DNA of 64,000 nucleotides from an uncultured Gammaproteobacteria bacterium (GTDB taxonomy: Bacteria > Patescibacteriota > Patescibacteriia > Magasanikbacterales > JBBTQS01): the NCBI GenBank assembly GCA_964627525.1, contig CAZVIA010000001.1, forward strand, positions 8,007 to 72,006, written 5' to 3'. Position 1 is the stretch's first letter. Every line of letters begins with the position of its first letter. The position numbers were made by a program, and so were the translations under genes. Under the pieces are notes generated by a model that searched no databases, was not told the origin of the DNA, and worked only from the letters and a program-made list of their open reading frames with translations. This document shows positions 19,869 through 30,528 of this stretch, piece after piece.

Positions 19869-20414
19869 ATGTCTAGAATAGGAAAACAATTAATTGAAAT
19901 TCCAGAAGCAGTCAGCTTAGAAGTAGTTGATAATGTTGTTGTAGTTAAAGGACCTAAAGGTGAATTAAAACAAGAACTTCGCAAAGGTGTAACAGTTGAA
20001 AAAGTTGAAGGTGGTTTTCAGGTTAAAGTTGCAGATCCAGAGAAAAAATCAGAGCGAGCTTATTGGGGATTGTTTGCATCTTTGATAAAAAACATGGTTC
20101 AAGGTGTGACTCAAGGTTTTGAAAAGCAATTAGAAGTAAATGGTGTTGGTTATAAAGTTGCTTTGCAGGGTGATATTTTGAAATTAGAATTAGGTTTTTC
20201 ACATTCAATTGAATTTAAATTACCAGAAGGTGTTGAAGCAAAAGTTGAGAAAAATTTAATCACAATCAGTGGAAGCAGTAAGCAAATAGTTGGACAAGCT
20301 GCAGCTGATATTAGAAAGTTTCGTAAACCAGAGCCTTATAAAGGAAAAGGAATTAGATATAGTGATGAAGTTGTGAGACGTAAAGCTGGTAAGGCTGCTA
20401 AAGCTGCTGCTTAA
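19869..20414 (+). CDS. rplF: 50S ribosomal protein L6
   Basis: MSRIGK, PEPYKGKGIRY. Confidence 0.97.
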   Translation: MSRIGKQLIEIPEAVSLEVVDNVVVVKGPKGELKQELRKGVTVEKVEGGFQVKVADPEKKSERAYWGLFASLIKNMVQGVTQGFEKQLEVNGVGYKVALQGDILKLELGFSHSIEFKLPEGVEAKVEKNLITISGSSKQIVGQAAADIRKFRKPEPYKGKGIRYSDEVVRRKAGKAAKAAA

Positions 20415-20423
20415 TAAAATAAT

Positions 20424-20801
20424 ATGAAAGCAAAAGAACATACAAGTGATAGATTAAAAAAGAGATTAAGACGAAAGGCTAGAATTAGAGCCAAGGTTTC
20501 TGGTACAGAAAAACGTCCTCGCTTATGTGTGTTTCGTGGTTTGGCAACTATTTATGCACAATTAATTGATGATGTAAATTCAAAAACTTTAGTTGCTATT
20601 CATAGTAAAAAAGTTAAACCTGAAGATGTTGGTGAGCGTAAAGGAAAAATTGCAATTGCATATACAGTTGGTAAAACACTAGCAGAGCAAGCAAAAGCAA
20701 AAGGAATTGAAGATGTTGTGTTTGATAGAGGTGGAAGTGCTTATCATGGTCGTGTTCGTGCTTTAGCAGAAGGTGCGCGCGAAGCTGGTTTAAAGTTTTA
20801 A
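20424..20801 (+). CDS. rplR: 50S ribosomal protein L18
   Basis: RPRL, VFDRGG..YHGRV. Confidence 0.96.
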   Translation: MKAKEHTSDRLKKRLRRKARIRAKVSGTEKRPRLCVFRGLATIYAQLIDDVNSKTLVAIHSKKVKPEDVGERKGKIAIAYTVGKTLAEQAKAKGIEDVVFDRGGSAYHGRVRALAEGAREAGLKF

Positions 20802-20806
20802 AAAAT

Positions 20807-21472
20807 ATGACAGAAGAGAATACAAAAATTCAAGCAACACCAGTGGCACCAGCGTCAGCGACTCCAACAGAGGCGCCTACTTCAGCTGCGCCAGCAACTG
20901 CTCCAGCACCAGCCTCGGCGCCAGCGCCAAAAAAGTTTGGTGGGGGTAAGAAATTTGGTGATAAAAAGTTTGGTGGAGATCGTAGACGAAATCCTCGTGG
21001 TAAAGGTGGTCGTAGGCCTCAACGTGAACCACAAGAATTTGACCAAACTCTTGTACAACTTGCTCGTGTTACTCGTGTTACAAAAGGTGGAAAGCGTTTG
21101 CGTTTTCGTGCACTTCTTGTAATTGGTGATCGTAAAGGTAGAGTAGGGTATGGAGTTGCCAAAGGTGCTGATGTGCAAATTGCTGTTAGCAAAGCTTTTC
21201 GTCAAGCAAAGAAAAAAGTTATTAAAGTTCCTATTGTTAATGAAACTATTGCTTTTCCTTTAGAAGCAAAATTTTCAGCTGCACGAATTTTATTAAAACC
21301 AGCCCCAAAAGGTAGTGGAATTATTGCAGGTGGTGCTTTGCGAACTGTACTTGAATATGCAGGTGTGCCAAATATTTCAGCAAAAATTTTAGGAACAAAT
21401 AATAAGATTAGTAATGTGAAAGCAGCTTTTAAAGCTTTAGAGGAATTAAGTCTTTTTAGTAATAAAAAATAA
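20807..21472 (+). CDS. rpsE: 30S ribosomal protein S5 with Ala/Pro-rich N-terminal extension
   Basis: RVTRVTKGG, GIIAGG. Confidence 0.96.
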   Translation: MTEENTKIQATPVAPASATPTEAPTSAAPATAPAPASAPAPKKFGGGKKFGDKKFGGDRRRNPRGKGGRRPQREPQEFDQTLVQLARVTRVTKGGKRLRFRALLVIGDRKGRVGYGVAKGADVQIAVSKAFRQAKKKVIKVPIVNETIAFPLEAKFSAARILLKPAPKGSGIIAGGALRTVLEYAGVPNISAKILGTNNKISNVKAAFKALEELSLFSNKK

Positions 21473-21474
21473 GT

Positions 21475-21948
21475 ATGACTACATTAGCTCACACATTGAA
21501 AAAAAGTACTGCTCGCAAAAAGCGACGCCGTATTGGTCGTGGTGATGCAAGTAGTGGTACATACAGTGGTCGCGGTCAAAAAGGTCAGCGCTCTCGTTCT
21601 GGTGGAAAAAGTGGTTTGGCAAGACGCGCATTTATGCAAAATTTGATTAACATTCCAAAGAGTCGTGGTTTCAAAAGTCAGAGAGGTTCTGCAGCAACTG
21701 TAACTTTGGAAACAATTGAACGTATTTTTAACGAAGGAGATATTGTGGCACCAAACACATTGCTTAAAAAACAAGTGATTGCTACAATTAAAACAGGAGT
21801 AAAGATTGTTGCACGCGGTGAACTTAAGAAAAAAATTACAGTAAAAGGCTGTAAGATTTCACAAGGTGCAAAAGAAGCAATTGAAAAAGCTGGTGGAAAA
21901 GTTGAAATTCTTGTTAAAAAGAAAAAAGCAGTTAAAAAAGCAAAATAA
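21475..21948 (+). CDS. rplO: 50S ribosomal protein L15
   Basis: RIGRG..GRGQKGQRSRSG. Confidence 0.95.
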   Translation: MTTLAHTLKKSTARKKRRRIGRGDASSGTYSGRGQKGQRSRSGGKSGLARRAFMQNLINIPKSRGFKSQRGSAATVTLETIERIFNEGDIVAPNTLLKKQVIATIKTGVKIVARGELKKKITVKGCKISQGAKEAIEKAGGKVEILVKKKKAVKKAK

Positions 21949-21963
21949 TAGCAAACCATTTTT

Positions 21964-23235
21964 ATGGATAAGCTGAAAAAGATTTTTGGAATAAAAAACT
22001 TGAGAAATAGCATCTTGTTTGTTTTAGCGATGCTTGTTTTATTTAGACTGTTGGCTCATGTGCCAGTACCTGGAGTTGATGTAGATAATTTGCAGGCATT
22101 TTTTTCATCTAACCAAGTACTTGGTTTGTTGAATATGTTTTCAGGAGGTACAATGCAAAGTTTTTCAGTGGTGATGCTGGGTGTTGGTCCTTATATTACT
22201 TCATCAATTATTTTCCAATTACTAACAATGGTTATTCCAAGATTAGAGGAAATGTCTAAAGAAGGTGATCATGGTCGTCAAAAAATTAATCAATACACTC
22301 GTTTGCTAACAGTTCCTTTGGCTGCTTTGCAGGCTTACGCATTTTTAACTTTGTTGCGACAGTCACCATTACAGATTTTACCTGATTTAAGTGCATTCCA
22401 AACCATGGTGATTCTTTTGGTGGCAACAGCAGGAAGTCTTTTCTTGATGTGGTTGGGTGAATTAATTACTGAGAAAAAAGTTGGTAATGGTATTTCATTG
22501 TTGATTTTTGCTGCGATTGTGGCTGGATTTCCAACTGCAGCTCAGCAAGTTTTTGCTACATTTGATAAAACTCAAATTCCAATGTTGCTGACTTTACTAG
22601 GTCTGGCAATTGTAACAATTGTAGGTGTTGTATTTATTACTGAAGGCCAAAGAAACATTCCAATTTCACATGCACGTCAGGTTCGTGGAACTCGTATTAC
22701 TGGTGGAGTTAAAACCCATTTGCCTTTGCGCGTGAATATGGCTGGTGTGATTCCAATTATTTTTGCGATTTCTTTGGTTTTGTTTCCGCCTTTGATTGCA
22801 CAGTTTTTTGTAAATGCACAAACAGATTGGGTAGCAACATTTGCAAACTGGGTAATTCAGTTTTTCCAAAATCAAACAGCATATGGACTTATGTATTTCT
22901 TGTTAGTGTTTGGTTTTACATATTTTTATACATCAGTTGTTGTCCATCCAGATCAAATGGCTGAAAATCTTCAACGACAAGGTGCTTTTATTCCAGGAGT
23001 TCGTCCTGGGTCACATACTCAAAAATATTTGCATCATGTGATTACGCGTATTACTTTTACAGGTGCTATGTTTTTGGCAGGTATTGCTGTGTTGCCATTA
23101 ATTGTTCAGGCATTTACAGGTACAAACACATTGCTAGTTGGTGGTATGAGTTTGTTGATTGTAGTTAGTGTTGCAATTGAAACTTGGAAACAAATTGATG
23201 CGCAGATTACAATGCATAGCTACGATAGGGTATAA
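21964..23235 (+). CDS. secY: Preprotein translocase SecY
   Basis: [24 protein letters not shown]; about 10 TM segments. Confidence 0.97.
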   Translation: MDKLKKIFGIKNLRNSILFVLAMLVLFRLLAHVPVPGVDVDNLQAFFSSNQVLGLLNMFSGGTMQSFSVVMLGVGPYITSSIIFQLLTMVIPRLEEMSKEGDHGRQKINQYTRLLTVPLAALQAYAFLTLLRQSPLQILPDLSAFQTMVILLVATAGSLFLMWLGELITEKKVGNGISLLIFAAIVAGFPTAAQQVFATFDKTQIPMLLTLLGLAIVTIVGVVFITEGQRNIPISHARQVRGTRITGGVKTHLPLRVNMAGVIPIIFAISLVLFPPLIAQFFVNAQTDWVATFANWVIQFFQNQTAYGLMYFLLVFGFTYFYTSVVVHPDQMAENLQRQGAFIPGVRPGSHTQKYLHHVITRITFTGAMFLAGIAVLPLIVQAFTGTNTLLVGGMSLLIVVSVAIETWKQIDAQITMHSYDRV

Positions 23236-23256
23236 TAGTTTTATAAAATTAAATAT

Positions 23257-23580
23257 ATGGGATTATTACAATCAATTATAGGTGGTTCTTCTAAAAGTGC
23301 GTCTCAAGAGCAAGGTTCTAGAAAATTTGATACAAAAGATGCACGAGCAAGTATTAATCGTGAGGTTCGTGGTTTGTGTTCAAGTGGTCGTTTTAAAATA
23401 AGTTCAGGAGATCGTGATTCAATGATTTCTGATTTAAGTGGATTAATTGAAAATGGAGATATTCGTTATCGTGATCCAAAAGGCAGATCAAATGCTGTTT
23501 TAAAAATCACTGGAAAGTATTGTGAAAGTGAAAGTGCGGCAAAATTAGTTCGAGATAGAGTTTTAAGTATTTTTTCTTAA
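23257..23580 (+). CDS. Hypothetical protein between secY and adk
   Basis: Co-oriented 107 aa ORF with host-like codon usage and tight spacing. Confidence 0.6.
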   Translation: MGLLQSIIGGSSKSASQEQGSRKFDTKDARASINREVRGLCSSGRFKISSGDRDSMISDLSGLIENGDIRYRDPKGRSNAVLKITGKYCESESAAKLVRDRVLSIFS

Positions 23581-23589
23581 TTTAATTTT

Positions 23590-24228
23590 ATGCCAAAACT
23601 GCGAATGGTATTTATTGGGCCGCAGGGATCAGGCAAAGGCACGCAGGGTGAAAAAATTTCTGCGCGCTTTTCTATTCCCTCAATTTCTCCCGGAGCTTTG
23701 TACCGCAAACACATAAAAGATCAAACAGAAATTGGTAAAAAAGCTGAAGCAATTGTTGAAGCTGGAGATTTGGTTGGTGATGATTTAACTAAGCAGGTGA
23801 TTCAAGAGCGTTTAAAAGAGTCAGATGCGCAAAGTGGTTTTTTATTAGATGGTTATCCCCGCAACAAACAACAAGTTAATGATTTAAAAAATATTACAGA
23901 AATAGACCATGTTTTTGTTTTGCAAATTTCAGATGAAGAAGCAGTAAAAAGAATTTCTGGTCGACGCCAATGTTCTCAAGGTCATATTTATCATGTTACA
24001 TTTAGTCCACCAAAAGTTGAGGGAGTTTGTGATGAAGATAATGAAGAAGTAATACAGCGTGATGATGATACAGAAGAGGTTGTAAAAAAACGTTTGGCAA
24101 TTTATCATGAGGAAACCCAACCAATAATTGACATTTTTAAGGAAAATGGTATTGTTCATGAGTTAGATGGTTCAAAAGAAGCAAATAAAGTTTATGCAGA
24201 AATTGAATCTATTTTAAAAAGCGAATAA
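23590..24228 (+). CDS. adk: Adenylate kinase
   Basis: GPQGSGKGTQ, LDGYPR, LID region. Confidence 0.93.
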   Translation: MPKLRMVFIGPQGSGKGTQGEKISARFSIPSISPGALYRKHIKDQTEIGKKAEAIVEAGDLVGDDLTKQVIQERLKESDAQSGFLLDGYPRNKQQVNDLKNITEIDHVFVLQISDEEAVKRISGRRQCSQGHIYHVTFSPPKVEGVCDEDNEEVIQRDDDTEEVVKKRLAIYHEETQPIIDIFKENGIVHELDGSKEANKVYAEIESILKSE

Positions 24229-24241
24229 TTGGATAGACTAA

Positions 24242-25018
24242 ATGGTTATGCTTATTAAAAAACCAGATGAAATTGAACAAATTAAAAAAGGTGGTAAAAT
24301 ACTTGGTCAAGTTCTTGAAGAAGTAATCAGTGTGGCAAAGTCAGGTGTCACTACTCTTGAGTTAGATCAATTAGCAGAAAAAAGAATTAAAGAATTGGGT
24401 GGTGTGCCTTCGTTTAAAGGTTACCGTTCATTTCCAGGTACAATTTGTGCATCAGTTAATGATGAGGTTGTCCATGGAATTCCAGGTAGTCGTGTTTTAA
24501 AAGACGGTGATGTTCTTGGAATTGATTTAGGGATGAAATGGCCTGCTGAAAATGGTTTTTACACAGACACAGCTGCCACACTTGCTATTGGTGAAATTAA
24601 AAAAGAACACCAGGAATTAATGGAGCGTACTCAACAAGGATTGTATAAAGGAATAAAAGCTGCACAGCCTGGAAATTCAATTGCAGATATTGGTCGCGCT
24701 GTTGAAAATCATATTAAACAATTTGGTTATGGAATTGTTGTGGCTCTGGTTGGTCATGGTGTTGGTTATCAAGTGCATGAAGATCCACGAATACCAAATG
24801 TGTATAAAGAAAAAAATGAAGCAGTTAAGATTGAACCAGGAATGGTTTTGGCAATTGAGCCAATGATCACACTTGGTTCTGCTGAGATTGAAACTGCTGA
24901 TGATGGTTGGACTGTTGTTACAAAAGATAAAACTTATGCGGCGCATTTTGAACATACAATTGTGATTGAGGAGAATGGGAATTTTATTACAACACAAAGA
25001 CCAAGTGAAAAAATATGA
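24242..25018 (+). CDS. map: Methionine aminopeptidase type I
   Basis: SVNDEVVHGIP, GHGVG..HEDP, AIEPM, AHFEHT. Confidence 0.96.
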   Translation: MVMLIKKPDEIEQIKKGGKILGQVLEEVISVAKSGVTTLELDQLAEKRIKELGGVPSFKGYRSFPGTICASVNDEVVHGIPGSRVLKDGDVLGIDLGMKWPAENGFYTDTAATLAIGEIKKEHQELMERTQQGLYKGIKAAQPGNSIADIGRAVENHIKQFGYGIVVALVGHGVGYQVHEDPRIPNVYKEKNEAVKIEPGMVLAIEPMITLGSAEIETADDGWTVVTKDKTYAAHFEHTIVIEENGNFITTQRPSEKI

Positions 25019-25449
25019 ATGTCTTAGCAATAGATTATGGAGAAAAAGAAATCGGCTTTGCTTTTAAGACAAGTGATGCTGATGTTGCAGTTCCTTTTGG
25101 TGAAGTGGGTGCACAAGGTTTGATTGAAAAAATAAAATCAATTATTAAGGAAGAGGGAATTGGTGTTGTTGTAGTTGGAATGCCTTGGGCAGTTTCTGGA
25201 ATGGAGACAGATCAAACTCGTAAAACACAAAAGTTTGTGCAGGAGTTGGGCGACGCTATTAAGGCGGGGGATTTAAAAACAAAAGTTGAAATTACAAATG
25301 AAGCACTTTCAAGTGTTGAAGCTGCGGAAAATGAATTATATGATAATGTTTCAATTCATGAACGTTCTGCAATGGTGGTTTTAGAAGATTGGATGGAACA
25401 AAATAAAGCAGAGCAAAACAATTTAGAGCAAAATAAAAATGTCTCTTAA
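25015..25449 (+). CDS. ruvX: YqgF/RuvX-family nuclease
   Basis: LAIDYGEKEIGFA, VVVGMP; upstream of recO. Confidence 0.8.
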   Translation: MNVLAIDYGEKEIGFAFKTSDADVAVPFGEVGAQGLIEKIKSIIKEEGIGVVVVGMPWAVSGMETDQTRKTQKFVQELGDAIKAGDLKTKVEITNEALSSVEAAENELYDNVSIHERSAMVVLEDWMEQNKAEQNNLEQNKNVS

Positions 25450-25981
25450 AACATACACAGCAATAATTATAGATAATAGAGACTTTCGCGAAAATGATCA
25501 GCGAATTATTTTTTATTCTCTAGAAAATGGTTTGCAAGATGCTGTAGCAATTGGTGTAAAAAAAATTACAAGCAAGCAGCGTGGAAGATTAGAGCAAGGT
25601 GTTGTGACTAATTTGACTATTGCTAAGGGTCGACGATTTGATAAAGTTACAACTTCTGATCCTTTATGGATTGGAGTTAAGAGTCGTCAGTCTTTTGAAA
25701 AATTATGTGCTTTGCAATTTTTAATGGGATTAGTAAAAGAGATAAGTAAGAATGGTGACGTAAATGATGGGCAGTTTGAGATGCTTGTAAGTGCTTTGCA
25801 AGTTCTTGATGTATCAGAAGAGCAGGAGCAGAATATAAAAGAGTGGTGTAAGTCTGTTGTTTATAAATTATTAGAAGTTTCTGGTTTTCAGCCTATTGAA
25901 ACAACTTCTTTAAAAAAACAATTGCAATATTTTTTTGAAAAACCAATCAGGTCTTTGCAAATTTTAGAGCTGATAAAATAA
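25439..25981 (+). CDS. recO: DNA repair protein RecO (short)
   Basis: AIII..DFRENDQRI..YS.ENG...A.GVKKITSK OB-fold pattern. Confidence 0.8.
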   Translation: MSLKTYTAIIIDNRDFRENDQRIIFYSLENGLQDAVAIGVKKITSKQRGRLEQGVVTNLTIAKGRRFDKVTTSDPLWIGVKSRQSFEKLCALQFLMGLVKEISKNGDVNDGQFEMLVSALQVLDVSEEQEQNIKEWCKSVVYKLLEVSGFQPIETTSLKKQLQYFFEKPIRSLQILELIK

Positions 25982-26001
25982 TTTAGATCATAATTAATAA
26001 T

Positions 26002-27297
26002 ATGAATAAAGTTTTAATAAAAAATTTATCACAATTTGAAGGTCAGGAAGTCAACGTGTCTGGTTGGGTTTTTAATTTAAGATCTTCTGGAAAAATCATG
26101 TTTTTGCAGATGCGTGATGGTTCTGGTTTTACTCAAGCAATTTTAGTCAAAGATGAAGCCACAGATGAATTGTGGGAACACGCTCAAAAAATTACTCAGG
26201 AAAGTTCTGTTGAGTTAATTGGTGTAGTTAGTAAGCATCCCAAAAAAGATGAATATGAATTGCAAGTTAAAGATTTAAAAATTTTGCAGATCGCGCCAGA
26301 GTATCCAATTTCAAACAAAGATCATGGCACAGATTTTCTTTTGGAAAATCGTCACTTGTGGTTGCGTTCAAAAAAACAGTGGGCAATTCAATGTGTGCGT
26401 AATACAGTGATTAGTGCGATTTATGAATTTTTTTATGAGCGTGATTTTATAAAAATTGATTCACCGATTCTAACACCAAATGCTTGTGAAGGAACAACAA
26501 CTTTGTTTAAGGTTCCGTATTTTGATCAGGGTGATGCTTATTTATCTCAATCAGGTCAATTGTATCTTGAGGCTTTGATAGTGTCGCATGGGCGTGTGTT
26601 TGATTTTGGTCCTGTTTTTAGGGCAGAAAAATCTAAAACTCGTCGGCACTTAACAGAGTTTTGGATGATGGATGCTGAAATGGCTTTTGTAGAGCATGAA
26701 GAAAATATGCAAATGCAGGAAGATTTAATTAAATTTATTTTTCAAAAAGTTTTGGCAAAAAATTATAAAGAGTTGGAAATTTTGGAGCGTGACACAGGGT
26801 ATTTACAAAAAATTGTGGATTCAGAATTTAAACGCATGACACACAAGCAGGCTGTTGAGTATTTGCAAACAAAAGGTTCACAAATTACAGATGGAGATGA
26901 TTTGGGTGGGGAAGATGAAACCTTGTTAACACAAGAATTTGATGTACCTGTTTTTGTTGAAAAATGGCCTGCAAAAATCAAAGCTTTTTACATGAAAAAA
27001 GATCCTGAAAATTCTGATTTGGTTTTGGGCTCTGATTTAATTTCTACTGAAGGTTTTGGTGAGATAAGTGGGGGAGCACAACGTGAAGATGATTATGATA
27101 CATTGTTGCAAAGTATAAAAGCACATGATTTAAGTGAAGAAGATTTTCAGTGGTATTTAGATTTGCGTAAGTATGGTTCAGTTCCTCATTCTGGTTTTGG
27201 GATTGGCTTGGAAAGAACTGTTGCATGGGTTTGTGGGGTTAAGCATGTGAGAGAAACAATTCCATTTCCAAGAACTATTTACCGTTTGAAGCCATAA
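26002..27297 (+). CDS. asnS: Asparagine--tRNA ligase
   Basis: LSQSGQLY, FRAEKSKTRRHLTEFW, WYLDLRKYGSVPHSGFG. Confidence 0.95.
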   Translation: MNKVLIKNLSQFEGQEVNVSGWVFNLRSSGKIMFLQMRDGSGFTQAILVKDEATDELWEHAQKITQESSVELIGVVSKHPKKDEYELQVKDLKILQIAPEYPISNKDHGTDFLLENRHLWLRSKKQWAIQCVRNTVISAIYEFFYERDFIKIDSPILTPNACEGTTTLFKVPYFDQGDAYLSQSGQLYLEALIVSHGRVFDFGPVFRAEKSKTRRHLTEFWMMDAEMAFVEHEENMQMQEDLIKFIFQKVLAKNYKELEILERDTGYLQKIVDSEFKRMTHKQAVEYLQTKGSQITDGDDLGGEDETLLTQEFDVPVFVEKWPAKIKAFYMKKDPENSDLVLGSDLISTEGFGEISGGAQREDDYDTLLQSIKAHDLSEEDFQWYLDLRKYGSVPHSGFGIGLERTVAWVCGVKHVRETIPFPRTIYRLKP

Positions 27298-27330
27298 ATG
27301 GTAAAATATAAGGGAATTTAACCTAAATTT

Positions 27331-28716
27331 ATGCAAAGAATTTTATCTAAAAATACAGTACAAGAGGAAGGAAAAGAGGTCTTAATTCAAGGTTGGATCA
27401 ATGCTCGTAGAAATATGGGTAAAATTGTGTTTTTGGATTTACGCGATGCATCAGGGGTTTTGCAAGTGGTTTGTGTGCCTGCAGAATTAGATGAAGCATC
27501 ACAAAAAATATTAGATACTTTGCGTCCAGAATTTGTTGTGTCTATTAAGGGTCAAGTTCAAAAAAGAGGTGAAAAACAAATTAATAAGGACATGGTAACT
27601 GGCACTGTAGAGGTTTTGGCAAAATCAATTGAGATTTTGAACGAAGCAAAAACTTTGCCATTTGAAATTGATCGCGATACATCTGATATAAGTGAAGAAG
27701 TGCGAATGAAATATCGTTATTTAGATTTGCGTTCAGAACGTGTTACAAAAAATATTAAAATGCGAAGTGATTTTGTGAGGTATTGTCGCGAATATTTATT
27801 TGATCAGGATTTTACTGAAATTGAAACTCCTATTTTAACAAAATCAACACCAGAAGGATCTCGAGATTTTGTTGTGCCTTCGCGATTACAAAAAGGAAAA
27901 TATTTTGCGCTTCCACAATCACCACAACAGTACAAACAATTATTAATGACGGCTGGTTTTGAAAAATATTTCCAAATTGCACGGTGTTTAAGAGATGAGG
28001 ATCCGCGTGCAGATAGGGGATTTGAGCACACACAAGTTGATTTAGAAATGAGTTTTGTTGATCAGGAAGTTGTAATGCAAACAGCAGAAGAAATGATTAT
28101 TCATTCAGTTGAAAAACTTGGGTTGAAAATTAAAGAAAAACCATTTCCGCGCATTACACATAAAGAATCAATGGAAAAATATAAAGATGATAAGTTTGAT
28201 TTAAGAACTGAAGAAGAAAAAGAGCAAGGTGTGTTAGCTTATGCATGGGTTGTTGATTTTCCGTTTTTTAAAAAAGATGAAAAAGGCAGTGGTTGGACTT
28301 TTACACATAATCCATTTTCACAACCTAAAGATGAGTTTTTAAAAGATCATTTGGCTGGTAAAAATATTGAAAACATTTTAACCACTCAATATGATTTGAT
28401 TTGTAATGGAGTTGAATCAGCCGGAGGATCAATGCGTGCGCACAAGCCAGAGGTTTTAAAAGCTACATATAAAACAATGGGTTATTCTGATGAAGAAATT
28501 CAGGAGTCAATTGGACATATTTTAGAGGCTTTTGAATATGGTGCACCACCACATGGAGGAATTGCTGTAGGTGTTGAAAGAAATATTATGAATTTTGTTA
28601 ATGAAAAGTATATTAGAGAAGTGCAAGCATTTCCAATGTCTGGTTCTTCAAATACTTCTGTTATGGATGCGCCATCTGAACTTCCAAAAGATATTTTAAA
28701 GCAATATGGCTTATAA
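27331..28716 (+). CDS. aspS: Aspartate--tRNA ligase (short bacterial type)
   Basis: TPEGSRDF, LPQSPQQYKQLLM, GAPPHGG; 461 aa. Confidence 0.9.
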   Translation: MQRILSKNTVQEEGKEVLIQGWINARRNMGKIVFLDLRDASGVLQVVCVPAELDEASQKILDTLRPEFVVSIKGQVQKRGEKQINKDMVTGTVEVLAKSIEILNEAKTLPFEIDRDTSDISEEVRMKYRYLDLRSERVTKNIKMRSDFVRYCREYLFDQDFTEIETPILTKSTPEGSRDFVVPSRLQKGKYFALPQSPQQYKQLLMTAGFEKYFQIARCLRDEDPRADRGFEHTQVDLEMSFVDQEVVMQTAEEMIIHSVEKLGLKIKEKPFPRITHKESMEKYKDDKFDLRTEEEKEQGVLAYAWVVDFPFFKKDEKGSGWTFTHNPFSQPKDEFLKDHLAGKNIENILTTQYDLICNGVESAGGSMRAHKPEVLKATYKTMGYSDEEIQESIGHILEAFEYGAPPHGGIAVGVERNIMNFVNEKYIREVQAFPMSGSSNTSVMDAPSELPKDILKQYGL

Positions 28717-29404
28717 AATTGAGCAAGAACAGTTTTCTGGTCCGCTTGATTTGTTACTTCACTTAATTGAAAGAGAGGAATTAGAAATTACTCAGGTTTC
28801 AATTTCAGATGTTGCAGATGAGTTTTTGCAGTATATGGATGAACATGAAAATATGCCAGCACAAGAATTGGCTGATTTTTTAGTGATTGCATCAAAGTTG
28901 TTATATCATAAGTCGCGTGCAATTTTGCCTTCTGTTTGGATGCAAGAAAATGTTGAAGAAGATGATTTAGAAAATCAGTTAAAAATGTACAAAGCTTTTG
29001 TTGATGCAAGCAAGCAGATTCAAGAAAAGATTTCTGAGAAAAAATTTATGTATTCGCGTGAGCAAATTATTTTAAAGCGTGAACAAGGTTTTTATCCACC
29101 TCAAAATGTTGATGAAGATGAATTGCAAAGTGCATTTGCGCGAGTTATAGAAAAATTAAAACCTTTAATAAAATTACCACAAGCTGCAATGAGGCGCGTG
29201 ATGTCTATCAAAGAAAAAATTAGTTTTATTAAAGATAGGATTGCACAAGTTGGTAAAGGAAAATTTAGAGATTTGGTTAGTAAGGATAAAAATAAAACAG
29301 ATGTGATTGTGAGTTTTTTGGCGATGTTAGAATTAGTTAAGCAAAAAGAATTAAAAGTTGAGCAAGAAGATTTGTTTGAAGAAATCAGTTTGGAAAAAGT
29401 TTAA
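28706..29404 (+). CDS. scpA: Segregation and condensation protein A
   Basis: FSGPLDLLLHLI, VSFLAMLELVK. Confidence 0.93.
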   Translation: MAYKIEQEQFSGPLDLLLHLIEREELEITQVSISDVADEFLQYMDEHENMPAQELADFLVIASKLLYHKSRAILPSVWMQENVEEDDLENQLKMYKAFVDASKQIQEKISEKKFMYSREQIILKREQGFYPPQNVDEDELQSAFARVIEKLKPLIKLPQAAMRRVMSIKEKISFIKDRIAQVGKGKFRDLVSKDKNKTDVIVSFLAMLELVKQKELKVEQEDLFEEISLEKV

Positions 29405-29501
29405 TTTTTTAAAAAGAAAACACCCAAGGACTCGTTGTGAGTCGCTGGGTGCTAGAAGGGTCATTGTGGATCCTCGGAGCTCGGGGGGCGGATATCGGCG
29501 G

Positions 29502-29798
29502 TTAGGCTGCTTCGTCGATTTGGAGCTGGAAGAGCTCTCGCTCTGCCATCTTGAATCGGAACAGTGCCGTTCCGGGAATGGTCGCTCCTTGGACACGCTC
29601 GATGATCGAACGTTCCGTAAGAATTTCCATTCCTTTATGGAACTCTTCCAGATCAGTACTCTGACCCACAGAACTAGGGACGAAATCCCTGTCTGTGTCG
29701 AGCTGCACTACGAAGCGCGGCTCGCCAAGGGACTGGGCAGTCCCTCGTGCCAAAATGAACAGATCGACAAGCAGGTTGCCTGCGAGCGGATTCAGCAT
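29502..29798 (-). CDS. GC-rich orphan protein inserted between scpA and scpB
   Basis: Minus-strand promoter TTGACA-17-TATAGT (29894-29866), SD GGAGGG before ATG 29798, hairpin plus T tract at 29415-29451. Confidence 0.65.
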   Translation of the reverse strand: MLNPLAGNLLVDLFILARGTAQSLGEPRFVVQLDTDRDFVPSSVGQSTDLEEFHKGMEILTERSIIERVQGATIPGTALFRFKMAERELFQLQIDEAA

Positions 29799-29976
29799 GT
29801 TTCCCTCCATAGAAACTTAGCTGAGGTGATCGTCGTGCAACGGCCTTTCCACTGCAAAACAGAATACTATAGCATATTTTGATGATTTTGTCAAGTCTTA
29901 GGTTTACACATGTAAGATTTTTTGGCTAAATTTAGCGAAAAATGCAAGTTTTTAAAAAATAAGATATAATACTAAC

Positions 29977-30528
29977 ATGTCAAAACAATCTGAAATAGAA
30001 TCAATATTATTTGTAAGTAGTGGAGCTTTGTCTATGACAAAAATAGTCAAGATTTTAGGATTGAAAAAACCTGAAGTAAAAGATTTAATTACAAAATTAA
30101 AAGAAAAATGGAACACTCCAGAATCTGGGGTTCAGTTAATAGAAAATGGAGAAGAAGTGCAATTAATGTCTAGTTCAGAAAATACAGAAGTTGTGCAAGC
30201 GTTTTTAAAAGATGAAACTTCTGGTGAATTAACAAAGCCCGCATTAGAAACACTTTCAATAATTGCGTATCGCCAGCCAATTACAAAACCAGAATTAGAA
30301 CAAATACGTGGAGTGAATTGCAGTTTGATTTTGCGTAATTTATTATTAAGAGGTTTGGTTGCAGAAAAAGAAGATTCAAAAAGACTTCAAACAGTTTATT
30401 GTGTTGCAATGGATTTTATAAAATTATTAGGATTGGAATCTGTTGAACAGTTGCCAGATTTTGAAAAATTAAGACAACATGAATATGTGGAGGATGTTGT
30501 TGCAGGTTTAAAAGAAAACAAAGAATGA
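29977..30528 (+). CDS. scpB: Segregation and condensation protein B
   Basis: IESILFV, LETLSIIAYRQPIT..IRGV. Confidence 0.93.
   Translation: MSKQSEIESILFVSSGALSMTKIVKILGLKKPEVKDLITKLKEKWNTPESGVQLIENGEEVQLMSSSENTEVVQAFLKDETSGELTKPALETLSIIAYRQPITKPELEQIRGVNCSLILRNLLLRGLVAEKEDSKRLQTVYCVAMDFIKLLGLESVEQLPDFEKLRQHEYVEDVVAGLKENKE

Noticed and set aside
29358-29882. 174 aa plus-strand ORF overlapping the end of scpA
   Set aside because: It is antisense to the minus-strand ORF that has the promoter, SD and terminator.
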